Of a stretch of 64,000 bases of DNA, positions 19,723-31,927 are shown piece by piece. This stretch comes from an uncultured Gemmatimonas sp. (GTDB taxonomy: Bacteria; Gemmatimonadota; Gemmatimonadetes; Longimicrobiales; Longimicrobiaceae). Each line of letters opens with the position of its first letter. The stretch's first letter is position 1. Location: the NCBI GenBank assembly GCA_964634395.1, contig CAZWJE010000004.1, positions 24,733 to 88,732 on the forward strand, read 5' to 3'. Both the position numbers and the translations under genes were made by a program. The notes beneath the pieces were generated by a model. The model was given only the letters and a program-made list of their open reading frames with translations. It searched no databases and was not told where the DNA came from.

Positions 19723-20364
19723 ATGGCGAAGAGAACGCGGGTCGGTCCGGGCGAGCATGAAGCGAAGCGGCCTGGCGCCACCACGGACGGTGAATCGGCG
19801 GAGTCCGAGGACGTGTTACCGGAGGTCGAGCCAGCGCCGACTCCACCCAGCCCGGTGGAGACGCGGGTCGCTCGGGGGGATGAGCTTGTCCGCGCGGGGG
19901 ATACCGTGGCCGCCATCGAACACTATCGTGCCGCGCTTCAGATCGACCCGGTCAGCATCCCGGCGATGCTCGGCCTGGGCGCCGCCTACCTGGCGCGGGT
20001 GCAGTACGATCTCGCGGAGAAGGAGTTCCGCCGGGCGCTCCGGATCGCCCCGAACAACGTCGAACTCCATCATCAGCTCGGCCTGACTCTCTTTCGGCGT
20101 GGCGTCTGGACCGGGGCCGCGCAGCAGTTCCGTCGCGCCATCGAGCTGGACGCCGGGTTCGCTCCGGCCTACCTCCTGCTTGGCGAGGCGTTGAACCAGG
20201 TCGGTGACATCGACGCCACGATCCGCGCGCTCGAGACCGCGATCGAGATCCAGCCCGACAACGCCAAGGCGTTCTGGGCGCTGGGAATCGCGCTCGATCG
20301 CAAGGGCGAGCCACAAAGAGCGGAGGAAATGTACCGCCGATCCCGAGCGATCGGTGGCCGTTGA
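19723..20364 (+). CDS. TPR-repeat protein
   Basis: Multiple TPR units (AIEHYRAALQIDP, KEFRRALRIAPNN, FRRAIELDAGFAPAY, ALETAIEIQPDNAKAF). Confidence 0.65.
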   Translation: MAKRTRVGPGEHEAKRPGATTDGESAESEDVLPEVEPAPTPPSPVETRVARGDELVRAGDTVAAIEHYRAALQIDPVSIPAMLGLGAAYLARVQYDLAEKEFRRALRIAPNNVELHHQLGLTLFRRGVWTGAAQQFRRAIELDAGFAPAYLLLGEALNQVGDIDATIRALETAIEIQPDNAKAFWALGIALDRKGEPQRAEEMYRRSRAIGGR

Positions 20365-20445
20365 TCGTTCCTTCCCCTTGACGTCGCGGGCGCGCGGAAC
20401 CGGGGCGACACCGGTGGGTCCTAAGGGGAAACTCTTGATCAGTGA

Positions 20446-20664
20446 GTGATACGAATGGGTCTTCTGGGATGGGCGTCGATCGCGGTCTTCGTGATCGGAC
20501 TCTGGATTGGCGCGGGCGCGCCCGGATGGCCATATCAGGGCGACGGGAAGCGGCGGCACACGACGCATCGCAACGTGAACCCGATCGCGTGGGGCCGCAC
20601 GTCCAGCCGCGAGCGACAGCGGCCGAAGTCGGCCGGTGAGCGTCGTATCAACTTGCGGGGATAG
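20446..20664 (+). CDS. Small predicted membrane protein (uncertain)
   Basis: One TM helix (LLGWASIAVFVIGLWIGAGA). No other support. Confidence 0.2.
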   Translation: MIRMGLLGWASIAVFVIGLWIGAGAPGWPYQGDGKRRHTTHRNVNPIAWGRTSSRERQRPKSAGERRINLRG

Positions 20665-20741
20665 CGAGCCGCGTCACCCGGAACGCTGAGGAGCGGCCGG
20701 GAGACGGTTCAGTCAATCACCACGGATTTCGAGGTTGTTCG

Positions 20742-21485
20742 GTGGCAGGCCATAGTAAATGGGCCCAGATCAAGCGCAAGAAGGCGGTGACGGACCAGAA
20801 ACGGGCCGCCGCCTGGGGCAAGATCATCCGTGAGATCACGGTCGCGGCGAAAATGGGTGGCGGCGATCCCGCCGGGAATCCCCGACTGCGTCTCGCGATG
20901 GACAACGCGCGGGCGGCGAACATGCCGAACGACAATATCGACCGCGCGGTCAGGAAAGGGGCGGGCGACCTCGAGGGGGTGGAGTACCAGGAGATCTCCT
21001 ACGAAGCCTACGGTCCGGGTGGCGTGGCGATCTATATCGAGGCACTCACCGACAACGTCAACCGAACCGTCGCGGAGGTTCGCCACGCCCTGAACAAGCA
21101 GGGCGGGAACCTCGGTACATCCGGGTCGGTCGCATGGATGTTCGACCATCGCGGCCAGATCGTCTTCGACGCTTCCCGGTACGACGAGACGACGCTCCTC
21201 GAAGCGGCGCTCGAAGCGGGGGCGCAGGATGTCGAGACCGAAGACGAGATCATCATCGTCTATACCGACGTGGCCGACTTCCATACGGTGCAGGACAAAC
21301 TGCGGGCGACGAACCTGGCGTGGGAGAGCGCCGAACTGGCGATGGTGCCGAAGACATTGGTCAGGGTCGAGGGGAAGGACGCTGAACGGATGGTGAAGTT
21401 GCTCGATCTGCTCGAGGATTCGGACGACATCCAGAAAGTCTATTCGAACGCCGACATCGACGAGGACAGCCTGGTCGAAGCGTGA
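20742..21485 (+). CDS. yebC: YebC/PmpR-family DNA-binding transcriptional regulator
   Basis: MAGHSKWAQIKRKKAVTDQKRAAAWGKIIREI is the hallmark N-terminus. Confidence 0.9.
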   Translation: MAGHSKWAQIKRKKAVTDQKRAAAWGKIIREITVAAKMGGGDPAGNPRLRLAMDNARAANMPNDNIDRAVRKGAGDLEGVEYQEISYEAYGPGGVAIYIEALTDNVNRTVAEVRHALNKQGGNLGTSGSVAWMFDHRGQIVFDASRYDETTLLEAALEAGAQDVETEDEIIIVYTDVADFHTVQDKLRATNLAWESAELAMVPKTLVRVEGKDAERMVKLLDLLEDSDDIQKVYSNADIDEDSLVEA

Positions 21486-21516
21486 GCGGATCGCTCCTCC
21501 TTTCGGGAAGTCCGTC

Positions 21517-22044
21517 TTGATCGTTCTCGGGATCGACCCCGGCACCGCGTTGACCGGTTATGGCGTCGTTGAACATGAGCCGCGAGGGACGACTCGGCTC
21601 GTGGAGTGCGGCGTGATCCGCACGTCACCACGCACGGCGCTCGCGTTACGTCTGCGCGAGATCTTCGAAGGGGTCGACCAGCTCTTCGAACGGCACCTCC
21701 CGGCAGCGGTCTCCGTGGAGGGGGTCTTCTTCGGAAAGAACGCGCGGAGCGCGATGGTGCTCGGCCACGCGCGGGGTGTGGTGCTGCTCGCGGCCGCCTT
21801 GCGAGATCTGGATGTCGCCGAATACTCACCCGCCGAAGTGAAGAACGCCATCGTCGGGACGGGGCGGGCGACGAAGGACCAGATCGGGTACATGACGCAG
21901 AAGCTCCTGCGGCTGCGTGAGCCGCCCCGACCGGCCGACGCGGCCGACGGTGTGGCGGTGGCGCTCTGTCACTGTTTCCGCATGCGACCCGGCCGGGCGA
22001 TCGCCACCCCCCTCTCCGCCCGAAGCCCGGGCACGATCCGATGA
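21517..22044 (+). CDS. ruvC: Holliday junction resolvase RuvC
   Basis: IVLGIDPGTALTGYGVV...D at position 7. TTG start. Confidence 0.85.
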   Translation: MIVLGIDPGTALTGYGVVEHEPRGTTRLVECGVIRTSPRTALALRLREIFEGVDQLFERHLPAAVSVEGVFFGKNARSAMVLGHARGVVLLAAALRDLDVAEYSPAEVKNAIVGTGRATKDQIGYMTQKLLRLREPPRPADAADGVAVALCHCFRMRPGRAIATPLSARSPGTIR

Positions 22045-22625
22045 TCAGCCGAGTATCCGGTCGTCTCCTCGCCCGCGATCTGGATCGCGTCGAGGTCATG
22101 ACCTCTGGCGGTGTCGCCTACGAGATCACGATCCCCTCGACCGTCTTCGAGAAATTGCCGTTGCCCGGCGCGGACGTCGAGTTGCGAACCTACCAGGTCG
22201 TCCGCGAGGATGGCGCCTTTCTCTACGGGTTCCTCGAGGACACGGACCGCCGGGTCTTCGGGCGGCTTCTGACCGCGCCGGGAGTCGGACCGAAGCTGGC
22301 GATCGCGATGCTCTCGACGCTTCCCGTGCCGCGGCTGATTCGCGCGATCCGCGAACGCGACCTCCCGACGCTGATGGGGATCCCGGGAGTCGGCAGGAAG
22401 ACGGCGGAGCGACTGGCGCTGGACCTGAGCAGTCGTCTCGATGACATTCCGATCGTCGCCGAGTCACGCCCATCGGGTGACGGGGTCGAGGAGGCGCTCA
22501 AGGCGCTGACGGTACTCGGGTATACTTCGGTGGACGCCGAGCGGGCCGTGCGGGCCGTGCTCGGGAAGAACGGGTCGCGGGCTTCCGGAGACCTGATCAA
22601 GGCGGCACTGGCCGAACTTCGCTGA
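22041..22625 (+). CDS. ruvA: Holliday junction branch-migration protein RuvA
   Basis: MISRVSGRL...GVGYEI-like OB domain, the HhH pair ([30 protein letters not shown]), and a C-terminal domain. Confidence 0.85.
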   Translation: MISRVSGRLLARDLDRVEVMTSGGVAYEITIPSTVFEKLPLPGADVELRTYQVVREDGAFLYGFLEDTDRRVFGRLLTAPGVGPKLAIAMLSTLPVPRLIRAIRERDLPTLMGIPGVGRKTAERLALDLSSRLDDIPIVAESRPSGDGVEEALKALTVLGYTSVDAERAVRAVLGKNGSRASGDLIKAALAELR

Positions 22626-22647
22626 ACCGCCTTCCACTCTGCAACCC

Positions 22648-23706
22648 GTGGACTTCGCGTTGACCCAACCGCAACGGCCCGAAATCACGACACCCGAGGA
22701 ACTCGTCGAGGACCAGGGCGCCGAGTTGAGCCTGCGCCCGTCGCGCCTGAGCGAGTTCATCGGGCAGCCGAAGGTGAAGGAGTCGCTGCAGATCGCGATC
22801 GACGCGGCGGTGATCCGTCGTGAGCCGCTCGACCACACACTGCTCTACGGTCCGCCCGGTCTGGGGAAGACGACACTCTCGATGCTGATGGCGCGAGAGA
22901 TGGGGACGAGTGTGCGGACCACCTCGGGCCCCGTGCTGGAGAAGCCGGGCGATCTCGTCCGCGAGCTGACTTCGCTGCGGGATGGCGATATCCTCTTCAT
23001 CGACGAGATCCATCGCCTTCGGCCGATCATCGAGGAGTTCCTCTATCCGGCGATGGAGGACTACCGAATCGACGTCCGCCTGTCCGACGGGCCGCAGGCG
23101 CAGATGATCACCATGCCGATCGAGCGTTTCACCCTCGTCGGGGCGACGACACGGTTCGGGCTGCTCACGCCGCCGATGCGCGCTCGCTTCGGAATCGTGC
23201 AGCGCCTCGATTACTATCCGGTCGAACAGATCGCGGTCATCGTCGAGCGGTCGGCGGAAATCCTGGGTGTCAGGATCACCAGTAAAGGGGCCACCGAGAT
23301 CGCTCGTCGAGCGCGCGGCACTCCCCGGGTGGCGAACCGTTTCCTCCGCCGGGTCCGTGACTACGCCGAGGTGCGCGCCGACGGCGTGATCACGCCTCAG
23401 GTCGCCGACGCGGCGCTCAGGATGCTGGAGGTCGACGAGTTCGGGCTCGACGATATGGATGCGCGGGTTCTGCGCGCGATCATCGAGCGATTCGATGGCG
23501 GACCCGTGGGCCTCAACACGCTCGCCGTCTCGATCGGCGAGGATCCCGGGACGCTCGAGGAAGTTTACGAACCCTTTCTCATCCAGAACGGACTGCTGAT
23601 GCGCACGCCGCGTGGCAGGGTCGCCACCCCGCTCGCGTATCGCCGATTCGGCCTCATCGCGCCAGATCGCGACACCCCCGGCCAGGGAACGTTCTTCGCC
23701 CCGTGA
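22648..23706 (+). CDS. ruvB: Holliday junction ATP-dependent helicase RuvB
   Basis: [12 protein letters not shown]...[13 protein letters not shown] (Walker A)...DEIHRL (Walker B). Confidence 0.9.
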   Translation: MDFALTQPQRPEITTPEELVEDQGAELSLRPSRLSEFIGQPKVKESLQIAIDAAVIRREPLDHTLLYGPPGLGKTTLSMLMAREMGTSVRTTSGPVLEKPGDLVRELTSLRDGDILFIDEIHRLRPIIEEFLYPAMEDYRIDVRLSDGPQAQMITMPIERFTLVGATTRFGLLTPPMRARFGIVQRLDYYPVEQIAVIVERSAEILGVRITSKGATEIARRARGTPRVANRFLRRVRDYAEVRADGVITPQVADAALRMLEVDEFGLDDMDARVLRAIIERFDGGPVGLNTLAVSIGEDPGTLEEVYEPFLIQNGLLMRTPRGRVATPLAYRRFGLIAPDRDTPGQGTFFAP

Positions 23707-23722
23707 CCTCGTCGCGAGCCGC

Positions 23723-24772
23723 ATGACCTCTTCGCGCGGTCGTCTTACTTCCGACTACGAGTTCGACCTTCCGGCGGACCGCATTGCCTCGGAGCCCACG
23801 GACCGACGGGAAGAAAGCCGCCTCCTCGTCGTCGATCGCGTGAGCGACGTCCTCGACCACCGTCATTTCGTCGATCTCGTGGAACTGGTTTCCCCGGGAG
23901 ACGTGATGGTGGTGAACGAGACCCGCGTCTTCCCCGCGCGCCTCCGGGGCGTCCGTCGGGGCGGTGGCGCGGCCGAAATCCTGCTCCTGCATGCCGACCC
24001 GGCCGACCCCGCACTCTGGACCGCGCTCGTCAGGCCGGGCGCGAAACTGCGCCCCGGACGAACCGTCGAGATCGGGGATCGTCTGAGCGTCGAGATCGTG
24101 GACACGACGCCGGACGGCGAGCGCCTCGTCCGCCTGGTCACCGATCTCGCTCCGACGGCGGCCGTGGAGGAATATGGCCAGATCCCGTTGCCACCCTATA
24201 TCCGCAGGGTGGCGACCGCCGCGGACCGCGAGCGGTACCAGACGGTATACGCCCGCGATCCCGGCTCGGTCGCGGCGCCCACCGCCGGCCTGCACTTCAC
24301 GCCGGAACTCATCACGCGCCTGCGCGATCGCGGTGTCGCCTTCGCGCCGCTGGTCCTTCATGTGGGAGTGGGTACATTCCGGCCCGTGGAGGTCGAGGAC
24401 CCCTCGGAACACCGGATGCACCGGGAGTGGTACCGTGTTCCGACGGATTCGGCCGCCACGATCAACACCGCGCGAGCGGCGGGCGGCGCGGTCTGGGCCG
24501 TCGGAACGACCTCGGTGCGAACGCTGGAGAGTGTGGCCGATCCAGAGGGCGTCGTCCGGGCGGGTGAGGGCTGGACCGGGATCTTCATCCGGCCACCCTA
24601 TACGTTTCGGGCCGTGGATCACCTCATCACCAACTTCCATCTTCCCCGGTCCACACTCCTCATGCTCGTCGCGGCCTTCGCCGGCTACGACCGCGCGATG
24701 CGCGTGTACGACGAGGCTATCCGTCGTGACTACCGCTTCTATTCCTACGGTGACGCGATGGCGTTGCTCTGA
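23723..24772 (+). CDS. queA: S-adenosylmethionine:tRNA ribosyltransferase-isomerase
   Basis: SDYEFDLPADRIASEP...SRLLVV...VVNETRVFPARL matches the QueA N-terminus. Start chosen at the internal ATG after the ruvB stop. Confidence 0.85.
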   Translation: MTSSRGRLTSDYEFDLPADRIASEPTDRREESRLLVVDRVSDVLDHRHFVDLVELVSPGDVMVVNETRVFPARLRGVRRGGGAAEILLLHADPADPALWTALVRPGAKLRPGRTVEIGDRLSVEIVDTTPDGERLVRLVTDLAPTAAVEEYGQIPLPPYIRRVATAADRERYQTVYARDPGSVAAPTAGLHFTPELITRLRDRGVAFAPLVLHVGVGTFRPVEVEDPSEHRMHREWYRVPTDSAATINTARAAGGAVWAVGTTSVRTLESVADPEGVVRAGEGWTGIFIRPPYTFRAVDHLITNFHLPRSTLLMLVAAFAGYDRAMRVYDEAIRRDYRFYSYGDAMALL

Positions 24773-24870
24773 CGGACGGAAACGTGCTCGGAACGCTCCG
24801 TGAGTTTCCCGCGGTCCGCCATGGATGAGTCGCCCAACGGACACGGAGTCCCGCCTTTGCGTCGCCGTGA

Positions 24871-26073
<1,203 letters not shown>

Positions 26074-26177
26074 AGAGACGGTTGACGAGCGGTTTCGAAG
26101 AAGTCTGAACTATGTGCCGACGCTGGGCGATCGGCGAACGAACAACGATCGGAAGATCATCACACGGGAGGCGGGAC

Positions 26178-26438
26178 ATGGGGCAGGGAACAGCGACGAT
26201 CATCAATATCCTCATGGTGGTCGCGATCTTCTATTTCCTGCTCATCCTGCCACAGCGCCGGGAGCGGAAACGTCACGCGGAGATGCTGGCGGCGTTGCGG
26301 CCCGGTGACTCGGTGGCCACCGCCGGCGGGGTCATCGGAGAGATCGTCCAGTTGAAGGATGACCAGGTCACCCTGAAGTCGGGCGACGCACGCGTCGTGG
26401 TCGAGAAGTCGAAGATCGCGCGCGTCATGACGAGTTGA
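26178..26438 (+). CDS. yajC: Preprotein translocase subunit YajC
   Basis: TM helix INILMVVAIFYFLLILPQRRERKR, then LRPGDSVATAGGVIGEIV. Classical queA-tgt-yajC order. Confidence 0.75.
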   Translation: MGQGTATIINILMVVAIFYFLLILPQRRERKRHAEMLAALRPGDSVATAGGVIGEIVQLKDDQVTLKSGDARVVVEKSKIARVMTS

Positions 26439-26445
26439 AGGAACC

Positions 26446-27003
26446 ATGTCCGAACTGAAAGTGGAATTGCTCGGCTCGCCCGTACTCCGGAAGCGGGCCG
26501 AGGAGATCGAGGAAATCGATGGCGATCTGCGGCGCCTGATTTCCGATATGTTCGAAACGATGTACGCCGCGGAAGGGGTCGGGCTCGCCGGTCCGCAGGT
26601 GGGCGTCTCGCGACGGGTGATCGTCGTCGACGTGAAGAACTCCGAACACCCGCGCATGGCGCTCATCAACCCGCGGATCGTCGACGCCACCGGGGAGAGG
26701 GTGAAGGAAGAGGAGGGATGCCTGAGCATTCCGGGTGTGTCGGCGCTCGTCGCGCGCGATGAGCTGGTCGAAGTCGAGGCACTCGACGAGCGCGGCGAGC
26801 CCATGCGGGTCCGCGCCAGCGGATTGCTCGGACGCTGTCTGCAACACGAGATCGATCACCTCGATGGGGTCCTGTTCATCGATCACCTCTCCGCGCTCAA
26901 GCGGAGCATGGTGCTGAAGAAGTACCGTCAGCTGCTGGCGGAGGACGAGGCGGAGAAGGATCAGAAGCCCGCGGCCCGAACGACCGCCCGGCGAGGCCGA
27001 TGA
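26446..27003 (+). CDS. def: Peptide deformylase
   Basis: Motifs GVGLAGPQVG, EGCLSIPG, HEIDHLDG. Confidence 0.9.
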   Translation: MSELKVELLGSPVLRKRAEEIEEIDGDLRRLISDMFETMYAAEGVGLAGPQVGVSRRVIVVDVKNSEHPRMALINPRIVDATGERVKEEEGCLSIPGVSALVARDELVEVEALDERGEPMRVRASGLLGRCLQHEIDHLDGVLFIDHLSALKRSMVLKKYRQLLAEDEAEKDQKPAARTTARRGR

Positions 27004-27929
27004 GGGTCCTTTTCTGGGGCACCCCATCGTTCGCCCTCCCGGCACTTCGCGCGCTCGATGACGAAGGGCACGATATCGTGGCCGTCGTGACTCAGCCGGA
27101 CCGACCCGCCGGCCGGGGTCAGAGGGCGACATCGGGCCCGGTGAAGCGATTCGCGGTCGACGGGATGATCGACGTCCTCCAGCCCGAGGAGCCGAATGAC
27201 GAGGCGTTCATCGAGACGATCCGGGCTCTCGAGCCCGAGATCTCGGTGGTCGTCGCCTACGGTCATATCCTCAAGCCGCGGGTGCTGGATCTCCCCGTCC
27301 GGGGGTCAGTCAACATCCACGCCTCCCTCCTCCCGGAACTGCGTGGCGCCGCCCCGATCCATTGGGCGATCATCCACGGATACCAGACGACCGGCGTCAC
27401 CATCATGCGAATGGAGCCGGGACTCGATTCCGGGCCGATCCTGCACCAGGTCGAACAGCCGATTCGTGTCGATGACACGATGCGCGACCTGGCGGGACGA
27501 CTCGCGGAGATCGGTGCGGAAGCGCTCCTCGCGACGCTGACGATGATGGAAACGGGAAGGATCGAGGAACGCGTCCAGGACCATGCGCGCGCGACCTACG
27601 CGCCGAAGCTCGATCGCGAAATCGCCCGACTCGACTGGACGCTCCCCGCGCTGGAAGTCGCCCGCTGGATCCGCGGGCTGGACGGGACGCCGGGCGCCTG
27701 GAGCCCGCGAAACGGCGGTGACCCGGTCAAGTTCTTCGCCCCCAGGGTGGAAGTGCGTTCGGGCTCGCCCGGCGAGGTGATCGAAATCGATGAATCGGTG
27801 GGTGTGCTGATCGCGGCGGGCCACGAAGCGGTACGCGTTCGCGAGGTGCAGCCCGCGGGGAAACGTCGTATGGAAGCGGGAGAGTGGGTCCGCGGTCGGG
27901 GAGTCAGCGTCGGTGACCGATTCCTCTGA
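27000..27929 (+). CDS. fmt: Methionyl-tRNA formyltransferase
   Basis: MRVLFWGTPSFALPAL...NIHASLLPELRGAAPIHWAI. Overlaps the def stop. Confidence 0.9.
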   Translation: MRVLFWGTPSFALPALRALDDEGHDIVAVVTQPDRPAGRGQRATSGPVKRFAVDGMIDVLQPEEPNDEAFIETIRALEPEISVVVAYGHILKPRVLDLPVRGSVNIHASLLPELRGAAPIHWAIIHGYQTTGVTIMRMEPGLDSGPILHQVEQPIRVDDTMRDLAGRLAEIGAEALLATLTMMETGRIEERVQDHARATYAPKLDREIARLDWTLPALEVARWIRGLDGTPGAWSPRNGGDPVKFFAPRVEVRSGSPGEVIEIDESVGVLIAAGHEAVRVREVQPAGKRRMEAGEWVRGRGVSVGDRFL

Positions 27930-28560
27930 GCGGCGGGCGCTCGCGGTTCCTCGGCTCCACATCGTCACGGACACGGCGACGCTTCTGAGCCCAACCTTCG
28001 CGGAGACGGCGGCGGCGCTGCTCGCGGCGGGCGGACCACGTATCGCGCTGCACCTCCGCGGGCCGGGGCTGGGGGGCCGAATACTCTGGCGACTCGCCGA
28101 GGCCTGCGCCGCAGCCGCCGCCCGTGGCGGGGCCAGGCTGGTGATCAACGACCGACTCGACGTGGCCCGCGCGGTCGGCGCCTGGGGCGCGCAACTCGGG
28201 CACCGGTCCTTCGAGGTCCTCGACGCGCGGCGCCTGCTGCCGTCGTCCGCGGCCATCGGGGTTTCCATACACGACCCGACCACGGCCCGGTCCGCCGCCG
28301 AAGAGGGAGCGGACTTCATTCTCGCGGGTACTCTTTACGCGAGCGCGTCGCATCCGGAGAGCCCGGGGACTGGCGTCCAATGGCTCTCCTCGCTGACGGA
28401 CGGACCGCCGATCATCGGGATCGGCGGCGTCACGCCCGGGCGGATCCCGGAGCTGCTCGCGGCGGGGGCGCATGGCGCCGCCGTGATTCGGGGAGTATGG
28501 GCCAGACCGTCTCCCGTGACCGCGATGGAGGAATACCTGAAGGAGCTCGCCGGGGTATGA
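27913..28560 (+). CDS. thiE: Thiamine-phosphate synthase
   Basis: LHIVTD...LHLRGPG...VINDRLDVA...IGVSIHD...GIGGV, typical of ThiE. Confidence 0.8.
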   Translation: MTDSSERRALAVPRLHIVTDTATLLSPTFAETAAALLAAGGPRIALHLRGPGLGGRILWRLAEACAAAAARGGARLVINDRLDVARAVGAWGAQLGHRSFEVLDARRLLPSSAAIGVSIHDPTTARSAAEEGADFILAGTLYASASHPESPGTGVQWLSSLTDGPPIIGIGGVTPGRIPELLAAGAHGAAVIRGVWARPSPVTAMEEYLKELAGV

Positions 28561-28685
28561 AGGGCGAACCCGCCGTCGACCTCCGTACACGAGGATCCGT
28601 CCGCTTCACTTCGCCCGGGACCGGATCGTTCGCCGCGTGACCGGATGCGAGCGGACCGGACGGGGGATCAGAACGTCGAGGAAAA

Positions 28686-28901
28686 ATGTCGCGAGCAACG
28701 ATTCTCGTACGAGTCAACGGGGAAGACCATGAGGTCGCCGAGGACCTCACGGTCGATGGGTTCTTGAGATCACTTCAGCTCCATCCGGCGATGGTCGTCG
28801 TGGAACGCAACGGGGACATCCTTCGTCGGGAGCGCTATCTCGAAGTGCTTGTGGAAAACGGAGATGCGTTGGAGCTCGTACATTTTGTCGGAGGGGGTTG
28901 A
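28686..28901 (+). CDS. thiS: Sulfur-carrier protein ThiS
   Basis: 71 aa ending in GG (HFVGGG). Confidence 0.7.
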   Translation: MSRATILVRVNGEDHEVAEDLTVDGFLRSLQLHPAMVVVERNGDILRRERYLEVLVENGDALELVHFVGGG

Positions 28902-28920
28902 ATTGGCTACCGAGCAAGTC

Positions 28921-29727
28921 ATGGAGCCGCCGGTGGCGGCCGAGGTGGGGACGCGCGATGACCCGCTGGTGATCGCTGGCCGGCCGCTCCGCTCCCGGCT
29001 CATGGTCGGGACGGGCAAGTATCGCGGCAACGCGGAGATGGTGGCCGCGATCGAGGCCTCGGGCGCCGAGGTCGTGACCGTCGCGGTACGGCGAATCGAT
29101 CTGGACCGGGCCAACGAGGAAGGGATACTCCACCATCTGGACCCGACGCGGTATCTGCTGCTCCCGAACACCGCGGGATGCTACACCGCCGCCGACGCGA
29201 TCCGGTACGCGCGTCTCGCCGGGGCCGCCGGCTTCACCAACTGGGTGAAGCTCGAGGTGATCGGCGACCAGGAGACGCTGCTCCCGGATGCCGCCGCCAC
29301 GATCGAGGCCGCGCGAGAACTGATCGCCGACGGCTTCCAGGTGCTCGCCTATACGAACGATGATCTGATCACCGCGTTGCGGCTCGAGGACGTCGGATGC
29401 GCCGCTGTCATGCCGCTCGCTTCGCCGATCGGCAGCGGTCTGGGCCTGGTGAACCCGTTCAACATCCGCACGATCAAGGCCCGTCTGAAGGTACCCGTGA
29501 TCGTGGACGCCGGGGTCGGTACCGCGTCGGACGCGGCGGAGACGATGGAGCAGGGGGTCGACGGGATCCTGATGAACACCGCGCTCGCGGAAGCCCGCGA
29601 CCCCGTCGCGATGGGCAGGGCGATGGGGCTGGCGACGGAGGCGGGCCGCCTTGCCTATCTGGCGGGCCGGATGCCGCGTCGGGAACGAGCCGTACCTTCG
29701 AGCCCCCTGACCGGGATGCTCTCGTAG
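28921..29727 (+). CDS. thiG: Thiazole synthase
   Basis: [19 protein letters not shown]...[14 protein letters not shown]. Start chosen at the first ATG after the thiS stop. Confidence 0.85.
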   Translation: MEPPVAAEVGTRDDPLVIAGRPLRSRLMVGTGKYRGNAEMVAAIEASGAEVVTVAVRRIDLDRANEEGILHHLDPTRYLLLPNTAGCYTAADAIRYARLAGAAGFTNWVKLEVIGDQETLLPDAAATIEAARELIADGFQVLAYTNDDLITALRLEDVGCAAVMPLASPIGSGLGLVNPFNIRTIKARLKVPVIVDAGVGTASDAAETMEQGVDGILMNTALAEARDPVAMGRAMGLATEAGRLAYLAGRMPRRERAVPSSPLTGMLS

Positions 29728-29732
29728 TCGGA

Positions 29733-31040
29733 GTGGCGTCCGTCACGCCGGCGCGGATCGTCGCCCTCGAAGTCCTGACGCGGGTGAGGCACGGTGAGTT
29801 GGTGGACCGTGCGCTGCCGAGCGCGACCCGGGGGCTGGAACCGCGGGACCGGGCATGGGTTCACGAACTGGTCTACGGCACGTTGCGGCTGCGCGGCCGG
29901 CTCGACGCGATGCTCGCCGCCTTCGTTCGTCCCGGGCTGGCCTCGCTCGACCCCGCCGTGCTCGACGTGTTGCGGCTCGGCGCGTATCAGCTGGAGGAGA
30001 TGGGTGGGGTGCCGCCATACGCGGCGGTATCGCAATCGGTGGAGCTCGCGCGGAACGCCGGGGCGGGCCGCGCAGCCGGGCTCGTGAACGGTGTCCTGCA
30101 GTCGTTCATCCGGGGTCGGGAGACCGTGGAGTTCCCCGCGTTCGACGCCGATCCGATAGAGTATCTCTCGACCTGGGGCTCGCATCCGGGATGGCTCATC
30201 GAGCGCTGGGTCGCGCGCTGGGGTCCCGACGAGACGCGTCGCCTTGTCGAGGCTGACAATCGGAAGCCGGAACTGTATCTCACTCCGGTTCGGGAAACCG
30301 TCGCCGGCGCGATCGATCGTCTGAAGGAAGCCGGTATCGAAGCGGAAGCCGTCGAGGGATTTCCCGGATCCGTGCGGATCCTGTCGCCTCACGGACCGGA
30401 AGAGACCTTGAAGACGGTGTCGGGAGTGATCCAGGACCCCGCCGCCGCGAGCGTCGTCCGCTTCGCCGGCTTTCCCGAGGGGGCGACGGTGCTGGACCTG
30501 TGTGCCGCGCCCGGCGGCAAGACCATCGGGTTGGCGAATCGGGCGGGTCTCGTCGTGGCGTGCGACCTATCCGTCGGCCGCCTCCGGCGGCTGCGATCGA
30601 ACGTGGAGCGAGTCGAGGCGGAGGACCGCGTTACCCTGGCCGTCGCGGATGGCCGGTTCCCCCCCTTCAAACCCGTGACCGCGGTACTCCTCGACGCGCC
30701 GTGCACGGGGACGGGAACGCTGCGTCGTCACGTCGACGGGCGGTGGCGGATCAATCCCCGCGACCTCGAGGCCCTCGCCACCCTCCAGGCCGAGCTGCTG
30801 GCCGCGGCGGCGCGGATCATCCTGCCAGGGGGGATACTGGTGTACGCCACCTGTTCGCTCGAGGCCGAAGAGAACGAGAGACAGGTCGAATCGTTTCTCT
30901 CGAAGCATCCCGAGTTCCGTCTGATGGCACCGGACGCGTCTTTCGATGGTACGACGGTCGACGGCGATTACCTGAAGGTGCTCCCCCAACTCCACCGGGT
31001 GGATGGCGCCTTCGCGGCACGATTGGAGAGGTTCGAGTGA
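29733..31040 (+). CDS. rsmB: 16S rRNA (cytosine967-C5)-methyltransferase RsmB (NusB-like N-domain + SAM MTase)
   Basis: GTG start just after the thiG stop. MTase motifs VLDLCAAPGGKT, DAPCTGTGTLRRH, ILVYATCSLE. Confidence 0.8.
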   Translation: MASVTPARIVALEVLTRVRHGELVDRALPSATRGLEPRDRAWVHELVYGTLRLRGRLDAMLAAFVRPGLASLDPAVLDVLRLGAYQLEEMGGVPPYAAVSQSVELARNAGAGRAAGLVNGVLQSFIRGRETVEFPAFDADPIEYLSTWGSHPGWLIERWVARWGPDETRRLVEADNRKPELYLTPVRETVAGAIDRLKEAGIEAEAVEGFPGSVRILSPHGPEETLKTVSGVIQDPAAASVVRFAGFPEGATVLDLCAAPGGKTIGLANRAGLVVACDLSVGRLRRLRSNVERVEAEDRVTLAVADGRFPPFKPVTAVLLDAPCTGTGTLRRHVDGRWRINPRDLEALATLQAELLAAAARIILPGGILVYATCSLEAEENERQVESFLSKHPEFRLMAPDASFDGTTVDGDYLKVLPQLHRVDGAFAARLERFE

Positions 31041-31102
31041 GCGTACGGAGAGCGAGGTTTCGGGACGCCGATATCTTCGACCGACTTCCGAAGCGGAGCA
31101 TC

Positions 31103-31927
31103 ATGGTGGCGTCGATTGTCGCCCTGGTCGCCTTCGTGGTGGGTTACGTGATCACGACCGTGGCGTTCACCGCGACGAGCGCGGGAACGGAGGTGGCCCT
31201 CGTACCGGATGTCCGCGGCCTGACGATCGCGCAGGCGATGGATCGCCTCGAGGATGACGGGTTCCTGCTCGTCGTCGGTGATTCGTTCCCGAACGCGGGA
31301 TTCCCGGAAGGTTCGGTGCTCGCCCAGTCTCCGCTTCCCGGACAGGAAGTCGGCGCCGGCACGGAGGTGAACCTGATCGTGAGCACCGGTCAACTGAAGG
31401 AAGTGGTGCCGGACGTCACGGAGATGTCGCTCCCGCTCGCGATCCGAACGCTCGAGGTGGCCGGATTTCAGGTCATGACGGAGGAGGCGGAGGGTGAAGG
31501 GGCGGTCGGAACGATCGTCGGGGTGACGCCCGAGGTGGGGACGCCTTCCGTTCTTCCCGCCGTCGTTGTCCTTCGGGTCGCGATATCGCCGCCGTTCTGG
31601 TACATGCCGAACGTGATCGGGCTGCCCGAAGATTCGGCTGTAGTCGCGCTCGAGTCGACGGGTCTGAAGGTGTCGGAAGTCCGGTACGAGACGATCGCCG
31701 GGCTTCCTCCGTATCAGGTCGCGGCGCAACTTCCGCTGGCGGGCGACAGTGTCGACCTGGATACCTACGTCCGTGTTCTCGTCGGGCTCCCGGCTGTCGA
31801 GAGCCTGGAGGAGAATCGCTCCGCCGGCGGCGCTGGACCGACGGAGGAGGCCGGTCCCGATCCAGTCTCCGCACCGGTGCCGGAAGATGCGTCCGAGCCC
31901 TCTCCGACCGCGCCGGCGAGGGGTTGA
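31103..31927 (+). CDS. Membrane-anchored protein with three PASTA domains
   Basis: GGAG 6 nt upstream of the ATG. TM helix, then three VPDV/MPNV...G-rich PASTA-like repeats. Confidence 0.7.
   Translation: MVASIVALVAFVVGYVITTVAFTATSAGTEVALVPDVRGLTIAQAMDRLEDDGFLLVVGDSFPNAGFPEGSVLAQSPLPGQEVGAGTEVNLIVSTGQLKEVVPDVTEMSLPLAIRTLEVAGFQVMTEEAEGEGAVGTIVGVTPEVGTPSVLPAVVVLRVAISPPFWYMPNVIGLPEDSAVVALESTGLKVSEVRYETIAGLPPYQVAAQLPLAGDSVDLDTYVRVLVGLPAVESLEENRSAGGAGPTEEAGPDPVSAPVPEDASEPSPTAPARG

Noticed and set aside
28561-28685. TPP riboswitch upstream of thiS
   Set aside because: I looked for the conserved CUGAGA / ACCUGAUCUGGAUAAUGC-type core and did not find it by eye. Not called.
29397-31927. ORFs 29397-31040 (547 aa) and 30500-31927 (475 aa) as single proteins
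   Set aside because: The N-terminal portions are G/R-rich read-through across upstream genes. Real starts are the GTG at 29733 (rsmB) and the ATG with GGAG at 31103 (PASTA protein).
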